64,000 nt of DNA from Vulcanimicrobiota bacterium (GTDB taxonomy: Bacteria; Vulcanimicrobiota; Xenobia; Xenobiales; JADMJV01). Below the pieces are notes generated by a model. It saw only the letters and a program-made list of their open reading frames with translations, searched no databases and was not told the origin of the DNA. Shown one piece after another: positions 39,589-48,393 of this stretch (position 1 is the first letter of the stretch; each line of letters opens with the position of its first letter). The stretch lies in contig JBFWNU010000006.1 in assembly GCA_050250895.1 (NCBI GenBank), positions 183,513 through 247,512 of the forward strand, given 5' to 3'. The translations under genes were made by a program, and so were the position numbers.

Positions 39589-40184
39589 GGCGTCAGTTTC
39601 CATTCATAGCTGGTGGTCTCGCCCCGGCCGCAGGTCAAACCGGCCACCTGATGTGAGAGTTGGGCGGGGGCGCCATCGGCTTCGATGAGCAGCCGTCCGG
39701 GTTCCAGCGTGAGCAAGATGGTTCCACCCTGGGCGCGAGCGGCCAGTTCGCGGACTACACCACGCAGCAGCGCGCCGATCACCCTGGCCTCGACGATGCC
39801 ATCCAGGCCTCGTTCATCGATGCGCTCGATGACCTCGAGGCGTTCGCCCAAACGGGCTTGCTCCAGGCGCAGATAGGCTCGAGCGGCCTCGATCTCTTCG
39901 CGCAGGCGCGCTTCGGTCTCGCTACCGAGGGCCGATTGGAGAACGGTAGACAGGTCGAGCAGAAGCTCTCGGGCCATCGCAGGCTCGGTGCGCACGAAAT
40001 AGCGCACCGTGTTGATGGCGTTAAACAGAAAGTGGGGGTTGAGTTGGTGGCGCAGTTGGTCGGCCTGGACCTGCACTCGGTCGAGTTCGGTTCGCAATAG
40101 TTGCTCTCGTTGAAGAGCCGCTTTGGTAGAGCCTTTCCATTTTAGGTAAAGGGCCACGACCAGGCCCAGCAGGATCCAGTTCAC
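39585..40184 (-). CDS. LytS/YehU-family histidine kinase with degenerate ATP-binding domain and no sensor domain
   Basis: H-box QLNPHFLFNAIN and YLRLEQARLG intact; N-box and G boxes not recognisable; one N-terminal TM. Confidence 0.85.
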   Translation of the reverse strand: MNWILLGLVVALYLKWKGSTKAALQREQLLRTELDRVQVQADQLRHQLNPHFLFNAINTVRYFVRTEPAMARELLLDLSTVLQSALGSETEARLREEIEAARAYLRLEQARLGERLEVIERIDERGLDGIVEARVIGALLRGVVRELAARAQGGTILLTLEPGRLLIEADGAPAQLSHQVAGLTCGRGETTSYEWKLTP

Positions 40185-40191
40185 AGGCCCT

Positions 40192-40332
40192 ATTTTGTCA
40201 TATTCGCGCGCCTTCCCGCCTGCTCGCACGATAAGTGGTCGAATCCGCCCGACAAGCGGTCGCGGCCCCTCGTCGGGGGTTCGTGACCGCTTGTCGGGAC
40301 TCGAGGGCAGAACCGGTTACAGGTGCTAGGAT
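40192..40332. promoter_or_regulatory. Bidirectional LytTR-box promoter region
   Basis: Minus strand: ACCGCTTGTCG (40250-40260) and ACCACTTATCG (40229-40239) with -10 CAAAAT. Plus strand: GCCCCTCGTCG (40265-40275) and ACCGCTTGTCG (40286-40296) with -10 TAGGAT (40327-40332). Confidence 0.8.
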
Positions 40333-40350
40333 GAGGCCCGGGGAGGAGCG

Positions 40351-40677
40351 ATGCGCAAGTTTGCCGTGGTGATGATCTTGATGGGGTGCTTGACCGCGCT
40401 GGGTTGGTCGCGCCAGGTCAGCGTCTGGCGCTCTTCTTCGGGCTCGACCGTCAAGCTCGACGGAACCGAAAAGGAACAGTTCGCGGTGATCATGGTCGGG
40501 CCGGACGGAAGTCGTCGGGTCTTTCCCGGGCAGTGGGTCGAGGTCAGGAATTCGTTCACCTATTTCGTGGCCGGTCGGAGCCACTATTGCACCTTTTCGA
40601 GAGGCGGCTATTCCATCCAGGTCCGCAGCCCGGTAGGCAGCGACGAATGGAGTTTCGTGGGTTGGGAATCTCGCTAG
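40351..40677 (+). CDS. Small secreted beta-rich hypothetical protein
   Basis: GGAGGAG RBS, signal peptide, W.SSSG motif. Confidence 0.75.
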   Translation: MRKFAVVMILMGCLTALGWSRQVSVWRSSSGSTVKLDGTEKEQFAVIMVGPDGSRRVFPGQWVEVRNSFTYFVAGRSHYCTFSRGGYSIQVRSPVGSDEWSFVGWESR

Positions 40678-40704
40678 AAGGATTCGAGGGAATGCCGCGC
40701 TGGA

Positions 40705-43383
40705 TTGACGAAAGCCGCGAGCGACTTGAAAGGGCACTCGGTCAATACGCTGGCCTTTCTGCTGGGGGCGGTTCTGGTGCTGGTCGTGGTGGCCGACTAT
40801 CGCGCCTCGCTGCTCCAGGCGCGCCAGAATTTCTGGAACGAGAGTCACAACCTGGCCCGGGGCGACAGCCAGAGAATGCGCCAGTCGTTGGGTTGGATCA
40901 CCGCCACCCTCGACCTGGTGAAAAGCGATCAGATCCTCTCCACCTTCGTAGCCGCCGACGTTGCCCTTCCGCGTTCGAGTCGGGCTCGGGTCGAGCCGGC
41001 CTTTCGCTTGTTGGCTCAGCGAGCCGATGTGGTCAGCCTGCAGTTGCTCAGCAACTCGGGGCCCAAGCCTCGCGTCTTGATGAGCTTCGAGACGGGCACC
41101 GACCAGCCCGCCGAGGTCGGGCAGGCCGAGACTCGACTGGCAGGGTTGGCCGAACTCTTCAAGGCGAACCAGGCACCTTATCTAGTCAGCCCAACGTTGC
41201 CCATGGCCAGTAGGCGGCAGGCTTTCTACTATGCGGCCCCGCTTTATCATCGAGAGTTGCCTCTGGGCATGGTAACCTGCCTGGTCCTTTCCCAGGAGTT
41301 GCGCCGGGGGACCTCGCCCCAATTCGACCGCGTCCGCGAGGTTCGCTCGGGGCTGCTCATCGAGAGCGTGCCGCCCGCTCGCGAGGCTGGCAGCTATTAT
41401 CACGAAGTGCTCGACCTGGGGCAGGGTTGGAAGCTCGAAGAGAGCCGCCCCGACAGCGACTATTGGGCTCGTCACGACGTCAGGAGCGCTCATCGCTCGT
41501 TAGCCCTGGGGCTGACCGCCGTGGTGTTGGCTATGTTGGCCGCCTGGAGTTTGGCGCTGCGCCGTTCGGCCCAGGCCGCCAGCCGGGCCAAGAGCGAATT
41601 CATGGCTAGCGTGAGTCATGAGATCCGGACCCCGCTCAATGGAATTCTGGGCATGACCAACCTGGCCCTCAAGACCCGCTTGAGCGTGGTGCAGAGCGAG
41701 TATCTGCGCACCGCCTCTTCGTCGGCCGAGTCGGTGCTCGGTCTGATCAACGATATCCTCGACTTTGCCAAGATCGAGGCCGGAGCGCTCGATATCTCGC
41801 CCATTCCCGTCGAGCTTCGCCAGTTACTGCACCAGGCACTCAAAACGCTGGCGCACAAGGCCGCCGAAAAGGAGGTCGAACTGGTGCTCTGGGTCGACCC
41901 GCGCGTGCCGCGCCGGGTATTGGCCGACCCTGTGCGCCTGCGTCAAGTCGTGTTGAATTTGGTTTCGAACGCGGTCAAGTTCACGGCCGAAGGAGAGATC
42001 CTGGTCAAAGTCCGACCACGCCTGGACAAGCTGCACTTTTCGGTCCGAGACACCGGCATCGGCATCGCCGCCGACCGCCAGCGGGCCATCTTCGAGCTTT
42101 TCACCCAGGCCGATTCTACCACCACCCGTCGCTACGGAGGGACCGGCCTGGGTCTATCGATCAGTCGCGAGCTGGTCGGTCGAATGGGGGGCGAGATCTG
42201 GGTCGAGAGCGAGCCCGAGCGCGGCAGCGTGTTTCATTTTACGGCCGACCTTTCCACGCTCGAGCCCATGCCCGAACCGGCGGATTTCAAGGGCCGGCAG
42301 GCCCTCGTGGTCGAGCCCAATCCTACCGCGCGGGGCCTGCTCGAGATGTTGCTTTCCGAGTGGAATTTTCGGGTCGAATCGTTGAGTGAAGCCGAAGTCT
42401 ACGAGCGGGTTCGTCCGGGGGCAGTGGTGCTGATTCCCGCCGCCCGGGTCGAGGATTTTCGTCAACTCCAGGGGGTGAGGCTGATCGGTTTGGCTTCGCG
42501 CACGGAAGAGCTCGAGGTGGAAGGGGCCGATGCGGTGGTGGCCAAGCCGATTCTGCCCAGCGAGCTGTTGGCCCGCCTGGCCGGTGAGGAACCGTCCCAG
42601 ACGCGATTGACTACCCTGCCGAGCCTGAAGTTGTTGCTGGCTGACGATAGCCCCATCAATCGCAAGATTGGCACCCTGATGCTCGAAGAGCAGGGCCATT
42701 CGGTGGTGGTGGCGCGGGACGGGGCCGAGGCGGTCGAACTGGCTCTGGGCGATGCCTATGACCTGATTCTGATGGACATGCAGATGCCCGGAGTCGACGG
42801 ATTGGAGGCCTGTCGCCAGTTGCGCCGGCGGGGCTCGAAGGTACCCATCATCGCCCTCACCGGCAACGCTCTGCGCGAAGACCAGAAGCGTTGTCTCGAG
42901 GCTGGCATGAACGGGCACGTGGTCAAGCCCATCGACGAGCGTCGCCTGAATCTGGCCATGGAGCGGGTTTTGACCGGCCGAAAGCTGGCCGCGCCCCGGG
43001 TGCCCGGGGATCGCCGGTCTTCTCGGCCCTGGGACGGCCGGGTGTTTCGCGCCGACGTGAGCCTGGAGCGGGTGGGCGGCGACCCGCGGAACCTGAACAC
43101 CGTGATGGTGATGTTTCTCGAACTCGCCGACCAGCATGTCGAGGCCGTTCGAGGCGCCCTCAAGGCGTGTGACCCGGAGGGTTTATCCCTGGCCGTCCAC
43201 GCGCTCAAAGGCACCGTGGCGGCCTTTGACGCGCTGGCCGTGGTGCGCGTGCTCAGACGCCTGAGCGAGCGCGCCCGGGCGGGGGTGGCCGAGCCCCACG
43301 ATCCCCTCCTGGAAGAACTCGAACTAGAAGTAGAGAAGCTAAAGGACGCCTTTCGGCAGTTTATTTCGGAGCCCGAAAAATGA
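40705..43383 (+). CDS. Membrane hybrid histidine kinase (periplasmic sensor, HisKA, HATPase, degenerate REC, REC, HPt)
   Basis: SHEIRTPLNG, NAVKFT, DTGIG, GGTGLGL, LMDMQMP, HALKG; start uncertain. Confidence 0.92.
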   Translation: MTKAASDLKGHSVNTLAFLLGAVLVLVVVADYRASLLQARQNFWNESHNLARGDSQRMRQSLGWITATLDLVKSDQILSTFVAADVALPRSSRARVEPAFRLLAQRADVVSLQLLSNSGPKPRVLMSFETGTDQPAEVGQAETRLAGLAELFKANQAPYLVSPTLPMASRRQAFYYAAPLYHRELPLGMVTCLVLSQELRRGTSPQFDRVREVRSGLLIESVPPAREAGSYYHEVLDLGQGWKLEESRPDSDYWARHDVRSAHRSLALGLTAVVLAMLAAWSLALRRSAQAASRAKSEFMASVSHEIRTPLNGILGMTNLALKTRLSVVQSEYLRTASSSAESVLGLINDILDFAKIEAGALDISPIPVELRQLLHQALKTLAHKAAEKEVELVLWVDPRVPRRVLADPVRLRQVVLNLVSNAVKFTAEGEILVKVRPRLDKLHFSVRDTGIGIAADRQRAIFELFTQADSTTTRRYGGTGLGLSISRELVGRMGGEIWVESEPERGSVFHFTADLSTLEPMPEPADFKGRQALVVEPNPTARGLLEMLLSEWNFRVESLSEAEVYERVRPGAVVLIPAARVEDFRQLQGVRLIGLASRTEELEVEGADAVVAKPILPSELLARLAGEEPSQTRLTTLPSLKLLLADDSPINRKIGTLMLEEQGHSVVVARDGAEAVELALGDAYDLILMDMQMPGVDGLEACRQLRRRGSKVPIIALTGNALREDQKRCLEAGMNGHVVKPIDERRLNLAMERVLTGRKLAAPRVPGDRRSSRPWDGRVFRADVSLERVGGDPRNLNTVMVMFLELADQHVEAVRGALKACDPEGLSLAVHALKGTVAAFDALAVVRVLRRLSERARAGVAEPHDPLLEELELEVEKLKDAFRQFISEPEK

Positions 43384-43961
43384 AGAAGATAGCGATTCTA
43401 TTGGTTTTGCTCTGTGCCCTGGCCCAGGCCGACGATGATTGGCGCCGGGGCAAGGCGCTCTCGCGTCAAGACGCCGAGCAGCTGCATGCCTTTCTCCTCT
43501 CGGGAGAACTGCTGGACTTCGCCCATCGCTGTGGGTCGGCTCGCTCCTACCTGCTGGCCGCCCAATTGCGTCTGGATTATCCCACCAAACCGTTCGAGCC
43601 GGGGCCTGTGCTTGAACTATGTCGCCAGGCGCGGGCGGTCATGGGTGACGACAGTCTGGCTCGGGGTTGGGCCGAGGAACTCGAGAATCGGGCCCGCAAG
43701 CACCCTCGAGGCGCGGCCGGTCCCCTCGAGGCTCGCGAAGGGGAGCTGCCGGCCGGCGGGTCCCTGACGCTGGCGGCTCAGTGGATGGCTGTCCGCGGCG
43801 ACGGGAACTTTCAGCTCGAGCGTCTAGACCCCGCGGGAAAGGTGTTGGAGCGCACAGCGATCGGCGGAGAACTGTTTCTCACCACCGAGCCGGGTCAGCG
43901 AATTCGCCTGGTCAATCGCGGCGAAGGTGCCGGGTACTGGTTGCTGTGGCGGGGTCCCTAA
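43380..43961 (+). CDS. Secreted hypothetical protein (helical N-part, PRG linker, PPC-like beta C-part)
   Basis: Signal peptide; ATGA overlap with the kinase gene. Confidence 0.7.
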   Translation: MKKIAILLVLLCALAQADDDWRRGKALSRQDAEQLHAFLLSGELLDFAHRCGSARSYLLAAQLRLDYPTKPFEPGPVLELCRQARAVMGDDSLARGWAEELENRARKHPRGAAGPLEAREGELPAGGSLTLAAQWMAVRGDGNFQLERLDPAGKVLERTAIGGELFLTTEPGQRIRLVNRGEGAGYWLLWRGP

Positions 43962-44287
43962 AGGCAGAACCAGACCAGGGCCGTGGAGAGGGTGGCCAAC
44001 ACCAGGGACACCAAGACGATACGCACGGACTTGCGCTGCAGTTGAGCCTTGATGCGTTCATCGAGCCGGGCCCCCGTGGCCACCAGGAATACGCAAGTCT
44101 CTTCCTGGGCCTGGAGGATCCCGATGTAGCCGAAGAAAAACGGAAAGAAGGTCATCAGACGGACCCAGTCCGGCGGGTGCGTCGTGCGGATCATGACCAC
44201 CATTAGCAAGGCCGCCGCGAACCCGATGACTCCGCCCAGACGGCGTCTAGCAATCTCCTTTTCGTCTAGATTGCCGCACTGGCTCAT
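43958..44287 (-). CDS. Small membrane protein
   Basis: Three hydrophobic segments; ATGA overlap with the upstream gene. Confidence 0.7.
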   Translation of the reverse strand: MSQCGNLDEKEIARRRLGGVIGFAAALLMVVMIRTTHPPDWVRLMTFFPFFFGYIGILQAQEETCVFLVATGARLDERIKAQLQRKSVRIVLVSLVLATLSTALVWFCL

Positions 44288-44955
44288 CGCCACATTCTTC
44301 CGCTGCCGCTACAGGCCTGACATTTCTTGCTGCCGTCGCAAACCACGCACAGCATGATGTAGCCGGCCCCACCGCAACTGCCGCATTTGCCCCGGCCGCA
44401 CAGGTTGCAGCCGGCTCCGGAGCAGTTGGTGCAGAGCTTGCCGCCGTGGCAGTTACCGCAGATTTTCTTGCCCAACCCCTGGCAGCCCTGACAGACTCCC
44501 GAGCCGTTGCACACTCGGCAGGCCACGCCCTCGGGTGGGGGTGGCTCGGCGGGTGCCGCCTGAGCTGGGGCCGCCTGAGCCTTTGGCACCATGGCGCCCT
44601 TGAGGATGACGCTGAACTTTCGCTGCTGGATGGCAAAACTGTAGGCAGGCGGAGGAGAGCCGGGCGCGACTTTCATCGTTTCTGAGCTCAGGGCCTGATA
44701 GCCGGTTACCTGGTCGAGCAACTTGTGGTCGATGACCAGGGTGCGGTCAGGCTCGAGATGGGCCGCGACCGAGAGTCGCAGGCCGTGGGCCTCGTACGGG
44801 ATTGGCTGCGCGTCTACCCAGAGCTTGACGGTCTCGGCATGATGCACGCCAGCATCGTCCTCGACGCAAAGTAGTTCGAGAAAAAATCGGTCCGAGGCCT
44901 GGGCGCTTAGCGCCCCCAAAAAAAGGAGAATGAAAATGGCGCGAGCTAGTCTCAC
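44284..44955 (-). CDS. Exported-looking protein with C-terminal DnaJ-type CxxCxGxG zinc-finger repeats
   Basis: Eight CxxC motifs; signal-like N-terminus; GTG 44955 lies 6 nt after TATGGT. Confidence 0.75.
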   Translation of the reverse strand: MRLARAIFILLFLGALSAQASDRFFLELLCVEDDAGVHHAETVKLWVDAQPIPYEAHGLRLSVAAHLEPDRTLVIDHKLLDQVTGYQALSSETMKVAPGSPPPAYSFAIQQRKFSVILKGAMVPKAQAAPAQAAPAEPPPPEGVACRVCNGSGVCQGCQGLGKKICGNCHGGKLCTNCSGAGCNLCGRGKCGSCGGAGYIMLCVVCDGSKKCQACSGSGRMWR

Positions 44956-44988
44956 TCCTTCACCATAGCCCGTGACGACGCAAAAGAT

Positions 44989-46026
44989 GTGAACAAGCCG
45001 TTTCAATTCGATAGTGAGGCCCGTTTTGACTGTTCTGGCTGCACCAAGTGTTGCCGGGCACGCTGGAATATCCGGGTCGATGAAGAGCGGTTCGAGCGCC
45101 TCAAGGGCAGCCGATTAGCCCTGGAACTCGAGCTTCGGGACGGACGTTCGCCCTTCTACGAGAAAGCCAGCGGAGCGGTGGTCACCCACCGTCGCCAGGG
45201 AGCCTGCGCCTTTCTCGAGGAGAACCTCTGCTCGATCCACGCCCGCCACGGGGGATTGGCCAAGCCGCTCACCTGCCAGCTCTTTCCCTTCGTCATTCAA
45301 GAGACGCCCGAAGCCCTGGTGGTCGGGGTGTCGCACTACTGCAGCGCCGTGGCGCGGGGGGAGGGAAGGCCCCTGGCAGCTCATCTCGATGGTCTCGAAC
45401 GCCTGCGGCCAGAACTCGAGATGACCCCCCTCGGGGGAGCCCCTATCGTGGTGGCCGTCCAGCTGAGGCTAGATTGGAGCGGCTACCTCCAGTTAGAGGC
45501 GGGACTGATAGAACGGCTAGGAAAGGGTCCGGCCGAGGCCGTTCTGCTGGGGCTGATCGAAGGCCTCGGCCAGTGGCTCGAAACGGGCCAGCAGCCCCCT
45601 TTGGAGCATCTTCTGGTGGGCGGGCGACCCTGGCTTGACGAGGCGATGCTCGAGGCTGGCGCGGTGGCCCTGGTGACCTGGGCCGAGAGCCGCAAGAGCG
45701 AGCAGCGGCTGGAGTTGTCGGCTCAGCTGCGTCGACGTGAGGCTGTCCTTTTACCCAGTAGCGGGGTGGCGGTTGATTATCAGGGCAAAGCCCCCCAACC
45801 GGAGTTGCTCGCCTATCTACGCAGTTTGATTTTTCGCAAGTTTCTGGTGCGTCGCGAGCCGCTCTTGACAGCCCTGATTGCGCTGGCCTGTCTGGAGCGG
45901 GCACTGGGCTATTACGGAACCGCTTTCTCGGCCGGATTGGATGCGCTCGAGCTGCTCCTGAGCCACGGAGACGGCGGGCACGAGGCGCTCACTCCCCTTA
46001 CCGAGTTAGCCCTGGCTCAATCGTAG
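44989..46026 (+). CDS. YkgJ-family (CxxCxxCC) cysteine-cluster protein
   Basis: FDCSGCTKCC, CAFL...CSIH, KPLTCQLFPF, later C. Confidence 0.85.
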   Translation: MNKPFQFDSEARFDCSGCTKCCRARWNIRVDEERFERLKGSRLALELELRDGRSPFYEKASGAVVTHRRQGACAFLEENLCSIHARHGGLAKPLTCQLFPFVIQETPEALVVGVSHYCSAVARGEGRPLAAHLDGLERLRPELEMTPLGGAPIVVAVQLRLDWSGYLQLEAGLIERLGKGPAEAVLLGLIEGLGQWLETGQQPPLEHLLVGGRPWLDEAMLEAGAVALVTWAESRKSEQRLELSAQLRRREAVLLPSSGVAVDYQGKAPQPELLAYLRSLIFRKFLVRREPLLTALIALACLERALGYYGTAFSAGLDALELLLSHGDGGHEALTPLTELALAQS

Positions 46027-47747
46027 ACGAGTTCGGCTCCGGCCTCGGCGATGGCCCCCCAGTTCTGGTCGGGTCGGGCCAGGATGCGCACTTTCAGTTG
46101 GCCCGAGGCGATGGCCTGGGCAAAACCGGGAAGGCGCTCCGAGGTGTAGGCGTGGCTGCCGGTTCGGCGCAGGGCCGGCGCGCCGGGCATGAACACGAAG
46201 GCTTGGCGAGCATCCACCTCGAGTTCGGGCAGTTTGCGTTCCAGCGCCAGGCCAGCCGCCCACACCACCAGGTGCCACTGGTGGCGCAGCCAGTTGCGGT
46301 TCTGGATGGTCAGTTTGAGTTGGCGCGGAAAGTAGCGCAGCCCCTGCTGGGCTCGATTCTGGGCCCACTGGTCGAAGGTCGCTTTGAGGCGGCTGGTGAG
46401 ACGGTGAAAATCGTGGTAGACGCGATCAGGGCGCTGATGGGTCTGATGGCAACCGTACGGGTGAGGCAGGTTGGGATCGTAGGTCTGATTGTGAATGCGC
46501 TCACGGCTGTGAAACGAACTGCGGGTGAAGGCCAGGTAGTCGTCAAAGGTCTTGCGCGTCACCACCATGCCGTATTTGTCGGGGTCCCGGTCCATCAGAG
46601 CGCCGGGCTCGATCGAGAGGGGCGTCACGGCCAGTTCGCCGATGGCCGGTCCGAAAGTGCTGAGTAGATGGCCGATCCAGGCCTCCGCTTCGAGCACGTG
46701 CTGGGGCTCTTCAGTAGGTAGACCGAGAATGCCGTACAGGCCGGCGTCGAGGTTGGGATGCGAGGCGATGGCGGCCAGGACTTCTTCGAAGGCCGAATTG
46801 GGGGCATAGGGCTTTAGCTGGCGACGCTCGGCCAGCCGCTGGCGAACTTCCTGGCTCAAGGACTGGGCGTCGAGCGAAATAAAAGCGCTGGCGAAACGGT
46901 CCGCCAGAAAGTGCACGAACTCGACTTCGGGCAGTGACCAGAAATAGAAGGCCACGTGGTAGCGACCTCGAGGCAGTTGCTCGAAGAGCTGGCGGTAATA
47001 GTCGCCTTTGCCCGGGTCGGCGATGGGGTCGAAGTCGAACAGGTAGGTCCCTTTCGACCACGGTTCGAGCACCTGCATGTCGTGGAGCACATCGTCGAAG
47101 GGTCGATAGAGATACCCTTTGCGGCCAAACATTCGCTTGTGGCCCAGAGCGCTGCCGGCGCAGAACATGCAGGTACAGCGGCAGCCCTTGCCGGTCCAGA
47201 TGAAGGGAGCGTTAAAACCGATCATCTCGAGCACGTCAGGGTCGGCGAGGGCGGTCAGGTCGTCGGCCAGACGCAGGTTTTGGCCGTCATCGTTTTGCTG
47301 GACATAGGTGGTGGGCAGCACTGCTTCGGCGCTGGTCAGGTTGCAGCTGGGGGCTCCCAGAGCATAATCGAGCAACGGTTTCTCTCCATCACCCCGGACT
47401 ACGGCGTCGAACTGGGTTCGGGCCACCAGTTCGGGAGCGAACGAGGTGGCCGTCTGGCCGCCGCTCACCAGCCGGGCCGGGGGGTGGTAGCGCCGCACCA
47501 ACCGGGCCACCTCGGTGGCTCCATAGAGGGTATCCCACCATTTGCAACTGACGGCCACCGTGTCGGGCCGATAGTCCTCGAGTACCTGGATCATCTTGTC
47601 GATCCAGTAGGGGCCGTCGAGAGGCTCGGTGCGAGCCTCGACCCCCCCTCGTTGCAAGAAGCTCGCCAGGGTCAGGGTGGCGTTGTTGAACAACGTCTGA
47701 GCTCCATCGGCTCGGCGAGGAGGGTTAAAGAACATGACTTTGGCCAC
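46017..47747 (-). CDS. Cobalamin-binding-domain radical SAM enzyme
   Basis: N-terminal B12-binding-like domain (GGQTAT, RGDGE), GKGCRCTCMFC (CxxxCxxC), ILGLPTE, EPGA. Confidence 0.88.
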   Translation of the reverse strand: MAKVMFFNPPRRADGAQTLFNNATLTLASFLQRGGVEARTEPLDGPYWIDKMIQVLEDYRPDTVAVSCKWWDTLYGATEVARLVRRYHPPARLVSGGQTATSFAPELVARTQFDAVVRGDGEKPLLDYALGAPSCNLTSAEAVLPTTYVQQNDDGQNLRLADDLTALADPDVLEMIGFNAPFIWTGKGCRCTCMFCAGSALGHKRMFGRKGYLYRPFDDVLHDMQVLEPWSKGTYLFDFDPIADPGKGDYYRQLFEQLPRGRYHVAFYFWSLPEVEFVHFLADRFASAFISLDAQSLSQEVRQRLAERRQLKPYAPNSAFEEVLAAIASHPNLDAGLYGILGLPTEEPQHVLEAEAWIGHLLSTFGPAIGELAVTPLSIEPGALMDRDPDKYGMVVTRKTFDDYLAFTRSSFHSRERIHNQTYDPNLPHPYGCHQTHQRPDRVYHDFHRLTSRLKATFDQWAQNRAQQGLRYFPRQLKLTIQNRNWLRHQWHLVVWAAGLALERKLPELEVDARQAFVFMPGAPALRRTGSHAYTSERLPGFAQAIASGQLKVRILARPDQNWGAIAEAGAELVYD

Positions 47748-47816
47748 GCCCCAATGTAACACACCGAGGGGGAAAAAATCACGGCGAGCGGCAGCCGGTT
47801 CGGTTACGATCAGGCC

Positions 47817-48386
47817 ATGAACAAACCGATCGTCGTGATGCTGTGGGGAGCCCCCGCCTCTGGAAAGACTACTATCGCCGCCGGATTACGGCCGCGGCTC
47901 GAGCAAGAGTACGGGCTGCCCGTCTGCCATCTGAGCCCCGACACCCTCAACCAGGCCATCGTCGGAGACCGCTTCCTGGCCTCGATTCGCGAGGCACTCT
48001 ACCAGGGCGCCATGGCCATGCTCGAGGCGATGCTCAACAGCCAGCACCTGGTTTTGCTCGACGGCACCTTTCTCTCGAGAGACCTGCGCCAGCGCGTGGC
48101 CGGCCTGGCCAGGGAGCGGGGAGCCACGCTGGTGTCGGTCCATATCACTTGCTCGTATCCGTCGCGGGCGGCCCGCAATGCCGGCCGGCCCGACAGCGCG
48201 CGGGTGCGAGCGGAATGGATGCGCAAGGCCCACTATCAGGCGCTGGCCGCCCGGGCCGAGGCCGATCTCGTCATCGACACCGAGCGGTGCCCGGCCCCCG
48301 AGGCCGTCGAATCGGTGTTGAACTATCTGGTTCACCGGCTGGAGTTGAATGAAGGGGTTTATCAAGGAAGTTGGGTTCTCGTATAA
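47817..48386 (+). CDS. P-loop kinase (AAA_33 family)
   Basis: GAPASGKTT, LLDGT, R...R lid, IDT. Confidence 0.8.
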   Translation: MNKPIVVMLWGAPASGKTTIAAGLRPRLEQEYGLPVCHLSPDTLNQAIVGDRFLASIREALYQGAMAMLEAMLNSQHLVLLDGTFLSRDLRQRVAGLARERGATLVSVHITCSYPSRAARNAGRPDSARVRAEWMRKAHYQALAARAEADLVIDTERCPAPEAVESVLNYLVHRLELNEGVYQGSWVLV

Positions 48387-48393
48387 TGGGTGG

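Noticed and set aside
40692-40745. Possible frameshift at the hybrid kinase N-terminus (out-of-frame ATG with GAGG reading MPRWIDESRERL)
   Set aside because: An in-frame TTG start gives a complete protein including the first TM; cannot be decided without homologues or reads.
44440-44465. CxxCH as a c-type heme site
   Set aside because: It sits within regular CxxCxGxG repeats, so a Zn-finger reading is more parsimonious.
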